From Nitrospira sp. SG-bin2 (lineage in GTDB: Bacteria; Nitrospirota; Nitrospiria; Nitrospirales; Nitrospiraceae), in assembly GCA_002083405.1 (NCBI GenBank), contig LVWT01000045.1, positions 17,637 to 81,636 of the forward strand: a DNA stretch of 64,000 nucleotides. The letters run 5' to 3'. The number at the start of each line of letters is the position of its first letter. Positions within the stretch are counted from its first letter, which is position 1. The notes beneath the pieces were generated by a model. The model saw only the letters and a program-made list of their open reading frames with translations, ran no database searches and was not told where the DNA came from. The translations under genes were made by a program, and so were the position numbers. Shown here in pieces: positions 1 to 8,970 of this stretch.

Positions 1-280
1 CCGGGCACTGGCTACGGCTCCATCGTTCATGCTGCTGGACGAACCGTTTGCAGGTATTGATCCCATCGCGGTAGCGGATATTCAGCAGATCATCACGCGA
101 CTGAAGGACAAAGGGATCGGCATCTTGATTACCGACCATAACGTGCAGGAGACGCTTTCGATCGTGGATCGGGCGTACATTATCAATGAGGGGTTGATCC
201 TGGAATCGGGACCGCCTCAAGCAATCGTGAAGAGTGAAACTGCCCGGGCGGTGTATCTTGGGGAACGGTTCAAGTTATAG
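1..280 (+). CDS. lptB: LPS export ABC transporter ATP-binding protein LptB, C-terminal part (5' end outside window)
   Basis: The frame-2 translation reads [21 protein letters not shown] (Walker B/D-loop) and [10 protein letters not shown] (H-loop). It lies directly upstream of rpoN, as in the conserved lptB-rpoN arrangement. Confidence 0.85.
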   Translation, partial: RALATAPSFMLLDEPFAGIDPIAVADIQQIITRLKDKGIGILITDHNVQETLSIVDRAYIINEGLILESGPPQAIVKSETARAVYLGERFKL

Positions 281-288
281 CTGGATAG

Positions 289-1803
289 GTGGGCATGAAA
301 CTTCGACTTGATCTAAAGCTTAGTCAAAAATTGATTATGACGCCGCAATTGCAGCAGGCGATCAAGCTGTTGCAGTTGTCTCGCCTAGAGCTTCAGCAGA
401 GCCTCTCGCAGCACCTTTTGGAAAATCCATTGTTGGATGAAGTCCAGGCAGAAGTAGAGGATGTGGAGCCTCCCACTGCCGAAGGCAAGTCGGAAGAGCC
501 CCCTGCTGCGGCCGGCCAAGAGTTGTCCGAAGAAGGAGGGACGCCGGAGGAGCGTGGTTCGCCCGAAGAGTCCAGTGCATCCGGATGGGAAGAGTATTTT
601 GGAAGTGACCGTCGGATCGGCGATTCCGAGCGTGCCTCCTCCTCCCAGGATGAATTCCCATCCTATGAGCAGACCGTTGCCAAAGCGACATCGCTTGAGG
701 AGCATCTTCTCTGGCAGTTGTCATTGTCCGGATTAACGGATCGAGGGAAAGCGCTCGGTCGGTTGATCATCGGGAACCTTGATGATGACGGATATCTGCG
801 CATTCCATTGACTGAGGTTATCGCAGGAACCGATTTCACGGAATCTGAGGCGGAGTCTGCCCTCAGAGACATCCAAACGTTCGATCCGACCGGTGTCGGG
901 GCGAGAGACTTGCCCGAATGCCTCCTCCTGCAGCTCGGGCATTTAGGCCGCAATCCGATCGGTTCGTTGGGTGCGCGGCCAGGCGCGCTCAAGGGGTCGA
1001 TCGTTGAGGGTGTGATCCTTCATCATTTGAAGGATTTGGAAAAGAAGCAGTATGCCAAAATTGCCAAGGCGTTGGATGTGACGGTTGACGAAGTATTTCA
1101 GGCCACCAAGGTTATTGAAAATCTCGAGCCCAAACCGGGCCGGCCGTTCACGAACACACAGAACTATGTCATCGTTCCAGATGTGTTCGTCGTCAAGGAT
1201 GAAGGGGAGTGGGTCGTACTATTAAATGACGATGGTCTCCCTCGCATGCGGATCAGCCCGTATTACAAACAATTGATGGCTTCCAGCCAGGGAGGCGCTC
1301 CTGAAACGAAAGCCTACATGGATGAGAAGTTGCGGGCTGCCCAGTGGGTCATTCGGAGCATCGAACAACGCAATAAGACGATTGTGAAGGTCGTATCGAG
1401 TATCGTGAAGTTTCAGGAGCAATTCTTTGAGCGCGGTGTCTCGCACCTCAAACCCCTCGTGCTTAAACAGGTCGCCGAAGACATCGGGATGCACGAGTCG
1501 ACCATCAGTCGCGTCACCGCCAATAAGTATATGTATTGTCCTCAGGGCATGTTGGAGCTGAAGTTCTTTTTCAACGCCGGGCTGCAGCGGACCGACCAGC
1601 CGTCGGATATGCACTCGTCCGTATCCGTAAGAGAGATGATTAAGAAAATGGTGGCGGAGGAAGACGGCAAGCGGCCGTTGAAGGATGAAGAAATAGCCGC
1701 CCGCCTTCGCACGCAACAAGTCCTTATTGCCAGACGAACGGTCGCCAAATATCGGGCGGAGGATAATATTCCTTCCGCCGGCCAACGGAAACGTTTCTTT
1801 TAG
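289..1803 (+). CDS. rpoN: RNA polymerase sigma-54 factor
   Basis: 504-aa ORF with region I LSQKLIMTPQLQQAIKLLQLSRLELQQ, an acidic region II, a C-terminal HTH (ESTISRVTANKY) and the RpoN box ARRTVAKYR. The ATG at 295 is an alternative to the GTG at 289. Confidence 0.95.
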   Translation: MGMKLRLDLKLSQKLIMTPQLQQAIKLLQLSRLELQQSLSQHLLENPLLDEVQAEVEDVEPPTAEGKSEEPPAAAGQELSEEGGTPEERGSPEESSASGWEEYFGSDRRIGDSERASSSQDEFPSYEQTVAKATSLEEHLLWQLSLSGLTDRGKALGRLIIGNLDDDGYLRIPLTEVIAGTDFTESEAESALRDIQTFDPTGVGARDLPECLLLQLGHLGRNPIGSLGARPGALKGSIVEGVILHHLKDLEKKQYAKIAKALDVTVDEVFQATKVIENLEPKPGRPFTNTQNYVIVPDVFVVKDEGEWVVLLNDDGLPRMRISPYYKQLMASSQGGAPETKAYMDEKLRAAQWVIRSIEQRNKTIVKVVSSIVKFQEQFFERGVSHLKPLVLKQVAEDIGMHESTISRVTANKYMYCPQGMLELKFFFNAGLQRTDQPSDMHSSVSVREMIKKMVAEEDGKRPLKDEEIAARLRTQQVLIARRTVAKYRAEDNIPSAGQRKRFF

Positions 1804-1845
1804 TCTGCGTAAAGGCCATATTCACTGACCAGTAGGAGGTGTGAT

Positions 1846-2183
1846 ATGAGGCTGAGAATTACCGGACGCCATCTGGACATCACGTCTGCACTGAAGAGTT
1901 ATGTGGAAACGCGGTTTGGGCGGCTCGATCGCTAGAGTTGAAGGTCGGATCGCTTCAAATTGTGCTGGGAGTTGAAAAGCTTCGACATATGGCTGAAGTA
2001 ATCGGAACGGTAAACGGCAGACCGCTGCAGGCGAAAACATCCACTCGAGAAATGTACGCGACAATCGACGCGCTGGTGGATCGGGTTGACGCACAGTTCA
2101 GGAAGTGGAAGGGGCGTCTGGTCAGCCGCAAGTCTGGAGGAACCAGAAGGTCTCAGATGCGAACCGATGCCGATTTGCTATAA
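1846..2183 (+). pseudogene. hpf: Ribosome hibernation promoting factor (short HPF/YhbH type), interrupted by a 1-nt frameshift
   Basis: AGGAGG precedes the ATG at 1846. The ORF encodes MRLRITGRHLDITSALKSYVETRFGRLDR and then stops at TAG 1933-1935. The rest of an HPF (LELKVGSLQIVLGVEKLRHMAEV...EMYATIDALVDRVDAQFRKWKGRL) continues in the adjacent frame to 2183. Confidence 0.8.
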
Positions 2184-2489
2184 CACGACTCTAAGAGGAC
2201 TTTTAAAATTTGGAGATGCCCGCAAGGGAATTAGAATGTCGTACTGCACCCGGTTTTCTCCCGTACTTTTACCGAGAACACTCTAGCAGAAAACCACACG
2301 TCGATCAGTCGAATCTATACCCATCGGGAAGTGTACGGATACAGGCGATGTGGATGTGTTGGGTCATCAGTACAGGAAGTAGCGCGGACTTGACCGCTGT
2401 CGATGAAGTAGGCAATGCTTGATCTCGCTCAACATATCTTGTGCCCATGACAGAGGATGCTTTGAGACATCCATTAGACTAAGAATGAT

Positions 2490-3356
2490 ATGGCCCAACT
2501 CAGCTTAGTCATTATTAGTGGATTGTCCGGGTCCGGTAAATCTCACGCACTCAAGGTGTTTGAGGATGCCGGATATTTCTGTATCGATAACCTTCCACCG
2601 GCCCTGCTGCCAACTTTTGTCGATCTTTGCAATCAACAGAAAGGTGAGATCGCCAATGTGGCCTTGGGCATCGATATTCGAGAGCGGGTATTTTTTTCTG
2701 ACCTGGTCGGTATTCTTGAGCGTGTCAAAGGGCTCGGACATTCTGTCCAGTTGCTGTTTCTTGAATCGCGCGAGGAGGTCTTGGTTCGACGATTTTCCGA
2801 GTCGAGGCGTCCGCATCCGCTCTTGCCTCACTTGCCTGTATTGGAAGGGGTTCGGTTCGAAGCCCAACGGCTTGCGGAGCTTCGGCGGCATGCAGACCGT
2901 GTCATTGATACGTCGGATCTGACGGTACATGAGCTTCGCGACTTGCTCACCAAGCAGTTCAGGCAAGATCCGGGCGAAAAGAAACTTACGATATCGCTGC
3001 TCACATTTGGCTATAAGTTCGGGGTTCCCTACGATATTGATTTGTTGTTCGATGTGCGTTTCCTCAAGAATCCCTATTTCGTTCCTGATCTGAAGTCGCT
3101 TCCCGGGGATGACCCAAGAGTTCGCGCCTTCGTTTTGTCAAATTCCGATGCCGTTGCGTTGATCGAGCGGCTTGAAGGGTTGCTCAAGTTTCTCATTCCG
3201 CAGTTCGAGCGCGAGCCACGCAGCTATCTGACGATTGCAATCGGGTGTACCGGCGGTCGTCATCGATCTGTTGCGGTCGCCGGACGTCTACAAGAAGGCC
3301 TTTCTGCCATGGGCTACGACGTCGCACTAAAGCATCGCGACATTCACAAATCATAG
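2490..3356 (+). CDS. rapZ: RNase adapter / nucleotide-binding protein RapZ (YhbJ)
   Basis: 288 aa with an N-terminal P-loop GLSGSGKS and the C-terminal GCTGGRHRSV motif. It occupies the conserved position in the rpoN cluster. Confidence 0.9.
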   Translation: MAQLSLVIISGLSGSGKSHALKVFEDAGYFCIDNLPPALLPTFVDLCNQQKGEIANVALGIDIRERVFFSDLVGILERVKGLGHSVQLLFLESREEVLVRRFSESRRPHPLLPHLPVLEGVRFEAQRLAELRRHADRVIDTSDLTVHELRDLLTKQFRQDPGEKKLTISLLTFGYKFGVPYDIDLLFDVRFLKNPYFVPDLKSLPGDDPRVRAFVLSNSDAVALIERLEGLLKFLIPQFEREPRSYLTIAIGCTGGRHRSVAVAGRLQEGLSAMGYDVALKHRDIHKS

Positions 3357-3422
3357 GTCTTGCAAAGAGGGACATGTCTGCGCTTATTCAGCGAAGCGCT
3401 ATTGCGTCATTCTGCCCATTTC

Positions 3423-3450
3423 TTGACAGGCAGAACATAGTGACTATACT
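3423..3450 (+). promoter_or_regulatory. Candidate sigma-70 promoter upstream of pilM (TTGACA-16 nt-TATACT)
   Basis: TTGACA at 3423-3428, a 16-nt spacer, and TATACT at 3445-3450, about 270 nt upstream of the pilM ATG in an otherwise non-coding gap. Confidence 0.4.
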
Positions 3451-3722
3451 TGCCCATGTGAGCATGCAAACGGCTTGTAAAGTGAGTTCGCGACGTGAAG
3501 CGGCAGATATTCTCTTCCTGGCGAACGGGGTTGAAGGTATGCCAGCCGTGCGATTCAATCAACGCGTAGAGACGATATGTGCCTGCCGGGAAGAGGAGTG
3601 TGTGATTGCCGGATGGTTCGGGATTGGAGCACCTGGGAACGCTACCTGCAATTGACGATGGATGAAAACAAGAAAATAATTCGTGTATGAAAGGTTGTCG
3701 TGTAGAGTGACAGGGAATACAT

Positions 3723-4829
3723 ATGCTGAGCTCATTTAAAAACGTATTCGAGACCGATCTGATCTCATTCCTGACGCCGCGCAAGCAGCTGGTGGGTCTC
3801 GACATCGGATCCAGCGCGATTAAGCTTGTTCAGTTGAGGGAAAGCAAAGGGCGGTACATTCTTCAGAAGTTCGGTGTGAAGCCTCTTGAGCCCGAGGTGA
3901 TTGTTGATGGGACGGTGATGGACGAAGGTCGTGTGGTTTCGGCTATTCGAGAGTTGTTCGATGAGACCGGAGTCAAGAATAAGCAGGTGGCAGTCTCAAT
4001 TTCCGGACACGCTGTCATCGTGAAGAAGATCAGCTTGCCCCCGATGCCGGACGAAGAGTTGGAAGGGCAGGTGAAGTTAGCGGCGGAGCAGTATATCCCC
4101 TTCGATATCAATGAAGTGAATATCGATTTTCATGTGTTGCCAGCCGATCTGTCAGGGGACAAGCAGACAGATATGGCGGTTATTCTCGTTGCTGCGAAGA
4201 AAGACAAGATCAATGAATTGACCGAACTTGTCAAGGGCGCGGGCCTTACGCCGATGATCATGGATGTGGATGCGTTTGCGATCGAGAATATGCACGCCAT
4301 CAATTATCCGATGGCGCAGGATGAAACCACGGCGTTGATCAATATCGGGGCGAGTGTGATGAATGTGAATATCATCCGCGGCGGCGCCTCTCTGTTCACG
4401 CGGGATATTCCATTGGGCGGCAATCGTTACACCGAGGCGATTCAACGCGAGATGGGTATGTCCTATGAAGAGGCGGAAGAAAGTAAACGAGTAGGGAAGG
4501 GAAGAGACTCTGGCGAGGGCGCGATGAGTGCTGTGATGAACAGCATGAATGGCGAGGTCGCTTCTGAGATCGCCAGAACAGTGGATTATTTCAAAACATC
4601 CGCTGCAAATGCCGAGCTGGATCGAGTGCTTGTGTGCGGTGGTGTCGCGCAGGCTAAAGGATTGATCCAGCAACTCGGCGATCGGATGCAAATTCCTGTA
4701 GAGCTGGCCGACCCGTTTAGCGAGATCGATGTGACCGGAAGCGGCATGGATCCAGACCTGTTGGCCGATCTGGCGCCTTCGGCGGCGGTCGGCGTCGGGT
4801 TGGCACTGAGGGCGGTGGGGGACCGATGA
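3723..4829 (+). CDS. pilM: Type IV pilus assembly protein PilM (actin-like ATPase)
   Basis: 368 aa with LVGLDIGSSAIKLVQL and an actin/HSP70-like fold pattern. It is the first gene of a pilMNOPQ block. Confidence 0.9.
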   Translation: MLSSFKNVFETDLISFLTPRKQLVGLDIGSSAIKLVQLRESKGRYILQKFGVKPLEPEVIVDGTVMDEGRVVSAIRELFDETGVKNKQVAVSISGHAVIVKKISLPPMPDEELEGQVKLAAEQYIPFDINEVNIDFHVLPADLSGDKQTDMAVILVAAKKDKINELTELVKGAGLTPMIMDVDAFAIENMHAINYPMAQDETTALINIGASVMNVNIIRGGASLFTRDIPLGGNRYTEAIQREMGMSYEEAEESKRVGKGRDSGEGAMSAVMNSMNGEVASEIARTVDYFKTSAANAELDRVLVCGGVAQAKGLIQQLGDRMQIPVELADPFSEIDVTGSGMDPDLLADLAPSAAVGVGLALRAVGDR

Positions 4830-5380
4830 TTCGCATTAATCTGCTTGCCTCGGGGGCAAAAGCAAGAAAAGCTAAGCCTCAGTATGATGTCCGCGCACAA
4901 GTGCTGCTCGGCGTGGGAGTGATTCTGATTTTTGTGACCGGATGTTGGTGGTACGCCTCTACGCTCGATAGTGAAATTGAGGCGCGACAGGAAGAGAAGC
5001 GGGAGAAGGAAAGTCAGGTTGCGCAATTAAAAGAGCAGGTGAAAAAAGTTCAAGACTTTGAGCAAAAGAAGAAACTGCTAGAGGATAAAAATCGAATCAT
5101 CGACCAGCTTGAGCAGTCAAGAATGGGGCCGGTGAAAGTGCTGGATCATGTCAGCCAGAGTATCGAGCCTCTGAAGATCTGGTTGACGAGGTTAGGTGTG
5201 TCATCCGATACGGTGGAATTGGAAGGGAAAGCGCTCACGAACGATGATGTCGTGGAATTTGCGAATAATCTTCGGCGGACAGACTATTTTGCCGGCATCA
5301 ATCTTCAGGAAAGCAAGGCGACGGTTGAAAACAAGATCAATGTATATCAGTTTCGATTGACGTTTCGCCTGAAGGGATGA
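4826..5380 (+). CDS. pilN: Type IV pilus assembly protein PilN
   Basis: 184 aa with a typical MIRINLL start, one N-terminal TM helix, then a coiled coil. It has an ATGA overlap with pilM. Confidence 0.8.
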   Translation: MIRINLLASGAKARKAKPQYDVRAQVLLGVGVILIFVTGCWWYASTLDSEIEARQEEKREKESQVAQLKEQVKKVQDFEQKKKLLEDKNRIIDQLEQSRMGPVKVLDHVSQSIEPLKIWLTRLGVSSDTVELEGKALTNDDVVEFANNLRRTDYFAGINLQESKATVENKINVYQFRLTFRLKG

Positions 5381-6039
5381 ATATGGAGCTGCCATCGGTC
5401 AATCTGGACTCGCTACGCAATGTTCCCGCCCCGCAGAAGGTGGCGCTCCTGTTTCTGCTTGTCGGCGGTCTCGTCGCCGCATTTTATTTTTATATTGCTG
5501 AACCCAAAGCAGCGGAGATTGCGGCCTTAGAGGCTGAAAATAGCAGGTTGGAGAGCGAAGTCCAAACGCTCAGCATCAAAGTCAAACATCTAGATGAGAT
5601 CATCGCTGCGAGTAAGCAGCTCGAAATTGAGTTGGCAAAGAAGAAGGAGCGCCTCCCTCCGGAGGAGGAAGCCATTATGCTGCTCAAGCAAGTGTCTGAT
5701 CTTGGTGTCCGGTTAGGGCTCGATATCAGATTGTGGAAGCCGGGGGCCCCAGCTGAGGATCCGTCGAAGCTCTTTGTGAAAATGCCCGTGAATGTCGAGG
5801 TGTCCGGGGTCTATCACACGGCCGCGCTGTTTTTCGACCGCATTAACAGGCTGCCAAGGATCATTACAGTGTCCGGTCTGAAAATGGGATCGCCGAAGGT
5901 TGATCAAGGGCGGATAGTGTCACAAACAACGTTTGACTTAGTCGCGTATGCTGCGCCACAGGAAAAACCCGCGGTTGCAGCACCAGTTGCAGGGGCCAAG
6001 CCGGTTCAGCCTGCTCAGCCCGCTCCAGCTGGAAAATAA
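5377..6039 (+). CDS. pilO: Type IV pilus assembly protein PilO
   Basis: 220 aa with a TM helix plus coiled coil (EIAALEAENSRLESEVQTL) and a 4-nt overlap with pilN. The assignment rests largely on position. Confidence 0.75.
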   Translation: MNMELPSVNLDSLRNVPAPQKVALLFLLVGGLVAAFYFYIAEPKAAEIAALEAENSRLESEVQTLSIKVKHLDEIIAASKQLEIELAKKKERLPPEEEAIMLLKQVSDLGVRLGLDIRLWKPGAPAEDPSKLFVKMPVNVEVSGVYHTAALFFDRINRLPRIITVSGLKMGSPKVDQGRIVSQTTFDLVAYAAPQEKPAVAAPVAGAKPVQPAQPAPAGK

Positions 6040-6057
6040 GGGAGATTCGCAGGGCAC

Positions 6058-6684
6058 ATGGATAGTCTAAAAACCAAGAGGTCGGACGGGCATCGGTATG
6101 CGGTCGTTAGAGGTACAGCGGCTTTCCTTGGCATTGTTGCTCTTGTTTGTCTCCACAACGTCGTTGCTCAAGCAGATCCTCTTGTTGCGCAGATGAGTCC
6201 GATGAGACAGGAATCCATTAAGATGTCATCTGTCCCGGACGTTCCGAAGGCGCCTATTTCAGCTGCTGATCCGCTACCATCCGGAGAGTTGGCGCAGGTG
6301 TCGCCCCAGGCGCCGTTTCCCGACGGTGCAGTTGGGTCCGGTTATGATCCATCCGGGCGCCGCGACCCATTTGCCCCAGTCATACAGGATCTTCAGCTGG
6401 GTAGGGTCGATGTGAATCTTCCCCCGCTCCAACGTGTGACATTGACCGAGCTCAATCTGATCGCCATTGTATGGGGGGCCTATGGGTACACGGCCATGGT
6501 TCAGACGCCTGAAGGGCATGGATATACGGTCAAGCGGGGGACAAGAGTCGGGCAGAACAACGGAGTGGTCAGTGCAATTACTGAGCGGGGCATCATTGTA
6601 CAGGAGCGATTCACCGATGTGTATGGCAAGAAGCAGGAGCGTGAGTATGTCAAGCTCCTCCATCCGAAAGAAGGCTCAGAATGA
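6058..6684 (+). CDS. pilP: Type IV pilus assembly protein PilP
   Basis: 208 aa with a hydrophobic N-terminus and a C-terminal beta domain (YTAMVQTPEGHGYTVKRGTRVGQNNGVVSAI). It lies between pilO and pilQ and overlaps pilQ by 4 nt. Confidence 0.7.
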   Translation: MDSLKTKRSDGHRYAVVRGTAAFLGIVALVCLHNVVAQADPLVAQMSPMRQESIKMSSVPDVPKAPISAADPLPSGELAQVSPQAPFPDGAVGSGYDPSGRRDPFAPVIQDLQLGRVDVNLPPLQRVTLTELNLIAIVWGAYGYTAMVQTPEGHGYTVKRGTRVGQNNGVVSAITERGIIVQERFTDVYGKKQEREYVKLLHPKEGSE

Positions 6685-8663
6685 AACCATTATTCTCTAG
6701 CATGTGTGGTTTGATGACGGCGAGGCGGTTCATCGGAGCCTTGGGGGTATCCCTCATTGCTTTGGGAGCGCATGCCGGAATGGTTCCACTTGACGATGAA
6801 GCCGGTGAGTCCGGCAAGAGCGGTCTCGCAGAAGTCGAGGAAGGTATCGGCTCGCTGCCGGCTCAATCGGTGACCAATATCGAGGTACATCCGGAAGGAG
6901 ATCGGGTCACGGTGGCAATCGTCGGAGACGGAAGATTCTTTCCCGATGCGAAGTTGCTGGATGAGTCTCGGTTAGTCATTGATATGCCGGCTGTGGCCTC
7001 CGCATTCCGGCACTCGACCGTGCAGGGGCAGCACCAGTTGCTCAAAACAATCAGGGTAGGGCATCACGCCGATAGGGTTCGACTCGTATTTGACCTGCTC
7101 GAACAGCCGGCTTTTTCTGTTGAAGCCAAGGGTAATAAAATCCTCGTTGTTCTTAGTCCAAAAGAGTCTCAGGGGTCCCACAGTGAAATATCGCAGTCGG
7201 CCAATCCTCTCGATGTCTCGCGGCCGGCACTTCAGGAGCGCAAGGTGCTGTTTGACTCGGGACCTCGGACTGTGAAAAAGATTGCCCGCATCATCGGTCC
7301 CGCACAGTCTCCATTTAGGGTCCAGCCGGTACAAATGGCAGCGGAGAGTGCTCCAGATCAAAAGGATAGCCGGTCGGATGACGTTGTCGCGGGGCAGACC
7401 AGGTTTGTCGGGCGACGCATCTCACTCGACTTTCAGCAAGCGGACATCACGAATATTTTACGACTGATTGCCGACGTCAGTGGTTTCAATATCGTCGTTG
7501 GCGAGGCTGTCAAATCCAAAGTCACCATGAAGCTGGTGAACGTGCCCTGGGATCAGGCCTTGGATATGCTCTTGAAGATGAATGGGCTCGGCATGATTCG
7601 CCAGGGATCGATTGTCTGGGTGGACACGCTGTCGAATCTTGCCAAGCAGCAGGATGAAGAAGCAAGAGCCAAAGATGCCAAAGTCAAGGCAGAGGAATTA
7701 ATCGACCGTGTCTTTTACATCAAGAATATTCAAGCCCAAGAGCTTATGACGTCGTTGCGCCAATATTTGAGTCCGCGCGGCGTGATGCAGTTTAATGCGG
7801 GAAGCAACGCGTTGATCGTGAGAGAGACGGAAAGCAAGCTGGCGATCATGAGGCAACTGGTCGAGGGGCTCGATTTGGAAGTGCCGCAAGTCCAGATTGA
7901 AGCGCGCATCGTTCAGGCAGATACGGTCTACGCCAGAGGATTGGGAATTCAGTGGGGCTTCCAGGCTGCGAACAGAACGCCTTCAACGTTCAACGCCATC
8001 GGTGGTCTCAACGGTCCGTTCGGCGAAGTTGCCGGCACGGGGAATAGTACGATATCCAGAAGCTGGCTGGTGAATTTGCCGGCCCAGGTCGGCGGGTTGC
8101 CCGCAGTTCCTGGCATCGGCTGGACGTTTGGAAAGTTGGGTGGAGATTTTGCTTTGGATATGCGGTTGTCTGCCGGAGAATTGTTGGGTCTGACCAAAGT
8201 TATTGCCGCCCCGAAGATCATGACGCTGGACAAGCGCGAAGCGAAGATCTCTCAGGGCGAGTCGATTCCATTTCAAACCACTTCGTTACAGGGAACACAG
8301 ACGACATTTGTGGATGCCAATTTGGAACTGAACGTGACACCTCAAATCACATCGCGCGATCCGAAGGAGGATGCCAAGAGAATTTTGCTGAAGGTGCGGG
8401 CGACTCGGAATGCCGTGGGTGCTCGCAGCAATCCGGCCGGTCCGAGCATTGATCGGCGCGAGGCAAATACTCAAGTGCTTGTTCGAGATGGAGAGACGAT
8501 GGTGATCGGCGGGGTGTTCGTCGACACGCAGAATAACAACGTCCAGGGAGTGCCGTATATGTCCCGCATCCCGGTTCTTGGCTGGTTATTCAAGAACAAG
8601 TCCGAGTCGGTCTCCAAGCAAGAGCTGCTCATTTTCTTAACGCCGAGCATTGTGAAGACATAG
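6681..8663 (+). CDS. pilQ: Type IV pilus secretin PilQ
   Basis: 660 aa with a signal peptide, an AMIN-like N-domain, and a secretin core (VIAAPKIMTLDKREAKISQGESIPF, GVPYMSRIPVLGWLFKN). Confidence 0.9.
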   Translation: MKPLFSSMCGLMTARRFIGALGVSLIALGAHAGMVPLDDEAGESGKSGLAEVEEGIGSLPAQSVTNIEVHPEGDRVTVAIVGDGRFFPDAKLLDESRLVIDMPAVASAFRHSTVQGQHQLLKTIRVGHHADRVRLVFDLLEQPAFSVEAKGNKILVVLSPKESQGSHSEISQSANPLDVSRPALQERKVLFDSGPRTVKKIARIIGPAQSPFRVQPVQMAAESAPDQKDSRSDDVVAGQTRFVGRRISLDFQQADITNILRLIADVSGFNIVVGEAVKSKVTMKLVNVPWDQALDMLLKMNGLGMIRQGSIVWVDTLSNLAKQQDEEARAKDAKVKAEELIDRVFYIKNIQAQELMTSLRQYLSPRGVMQFNAGSNALIVRETESKLAIMRQLVEGLDLEVPQVQIEARIVQADTVYARGLGIQWGFQAANRTPSTFNAIGGLNGPFGEVAGTGNSTISRSWLVNLPAQVGGLPAVPGIGWTFGKLGGDFALDMRLSAGELLGLTKVIAAPKIMTLDKREAKISQGESIPFQTTSLQGTQTTFVDANLELNVTPQITSRDPKEDAKRILLKVRATRNAVGARSNPAGPSIDRREANTQVLVRDGETMVIGGVFVDTQNNNVQGVPYMSRIPVLGWLFKNKSESVSKQELLIFLTPSIVKT

Positions 8664-8704
8664 ACCGTAGTAGTTTCCAGTCAGATGTTCTGAAGTAAGA
8701 GAAT

Positions 8705-8748
8705 GTGCGTGGCGATGCTGATCAGCGTCGCCACGCACGTTTGTTTTT
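8705..8748 (+). terminator. Rho-independent terminator after pilQ
   Basis: GTGCGTGGCGA...TCGCCACGCAC forms a near-perfect hairpin (8705-8738), followed by GTTTGTTTTT. Confidence 0.75.
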
Positions 8749-8970
8749 AGCTGAAGGCGCCGCTCCGGGCGTGTGCAGAATAGCTCCTCATGTCGATTTA
8801 TCTATGATCAGTCCCGATTGCGCTTCCCGCCTCTTTACAGAGCGCCGTGTAATTCTTTTAGTTTGGCGATGAGCTGTGCTACCATCCCCCCGCGTCTTGG
8901 CCTTCTTGTTTCAGAGGAATATGTGATGGGCCATGACGATCCAATGAGTGCCATGGTGTAGGAATCGGCT

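Noticed and set aside
3374-3805. ORFs in the rapZ-pilM gap (3374-3655 +, Cys-rich 93 aa; 3407-3805 -, 132 aa)
   Set aside because: They are mutually overlapping with no family recognised. The minus ORF would overlap the pilM start, and a near-consensus promoter lies inside both. I treated the region as a leader or regulatory region, but a small protein cannot be excluded.
8749-8970. Looked for an aroK gene or remnant between pilQ and aroB (the common pilMNOPQ-aroK-aroB order)
   Set aside because: No P-loop-containing frame is present. The 62-aa ORF 8773-8961 has no shikimate-kinase features, so aroK is presumably elsewhere.
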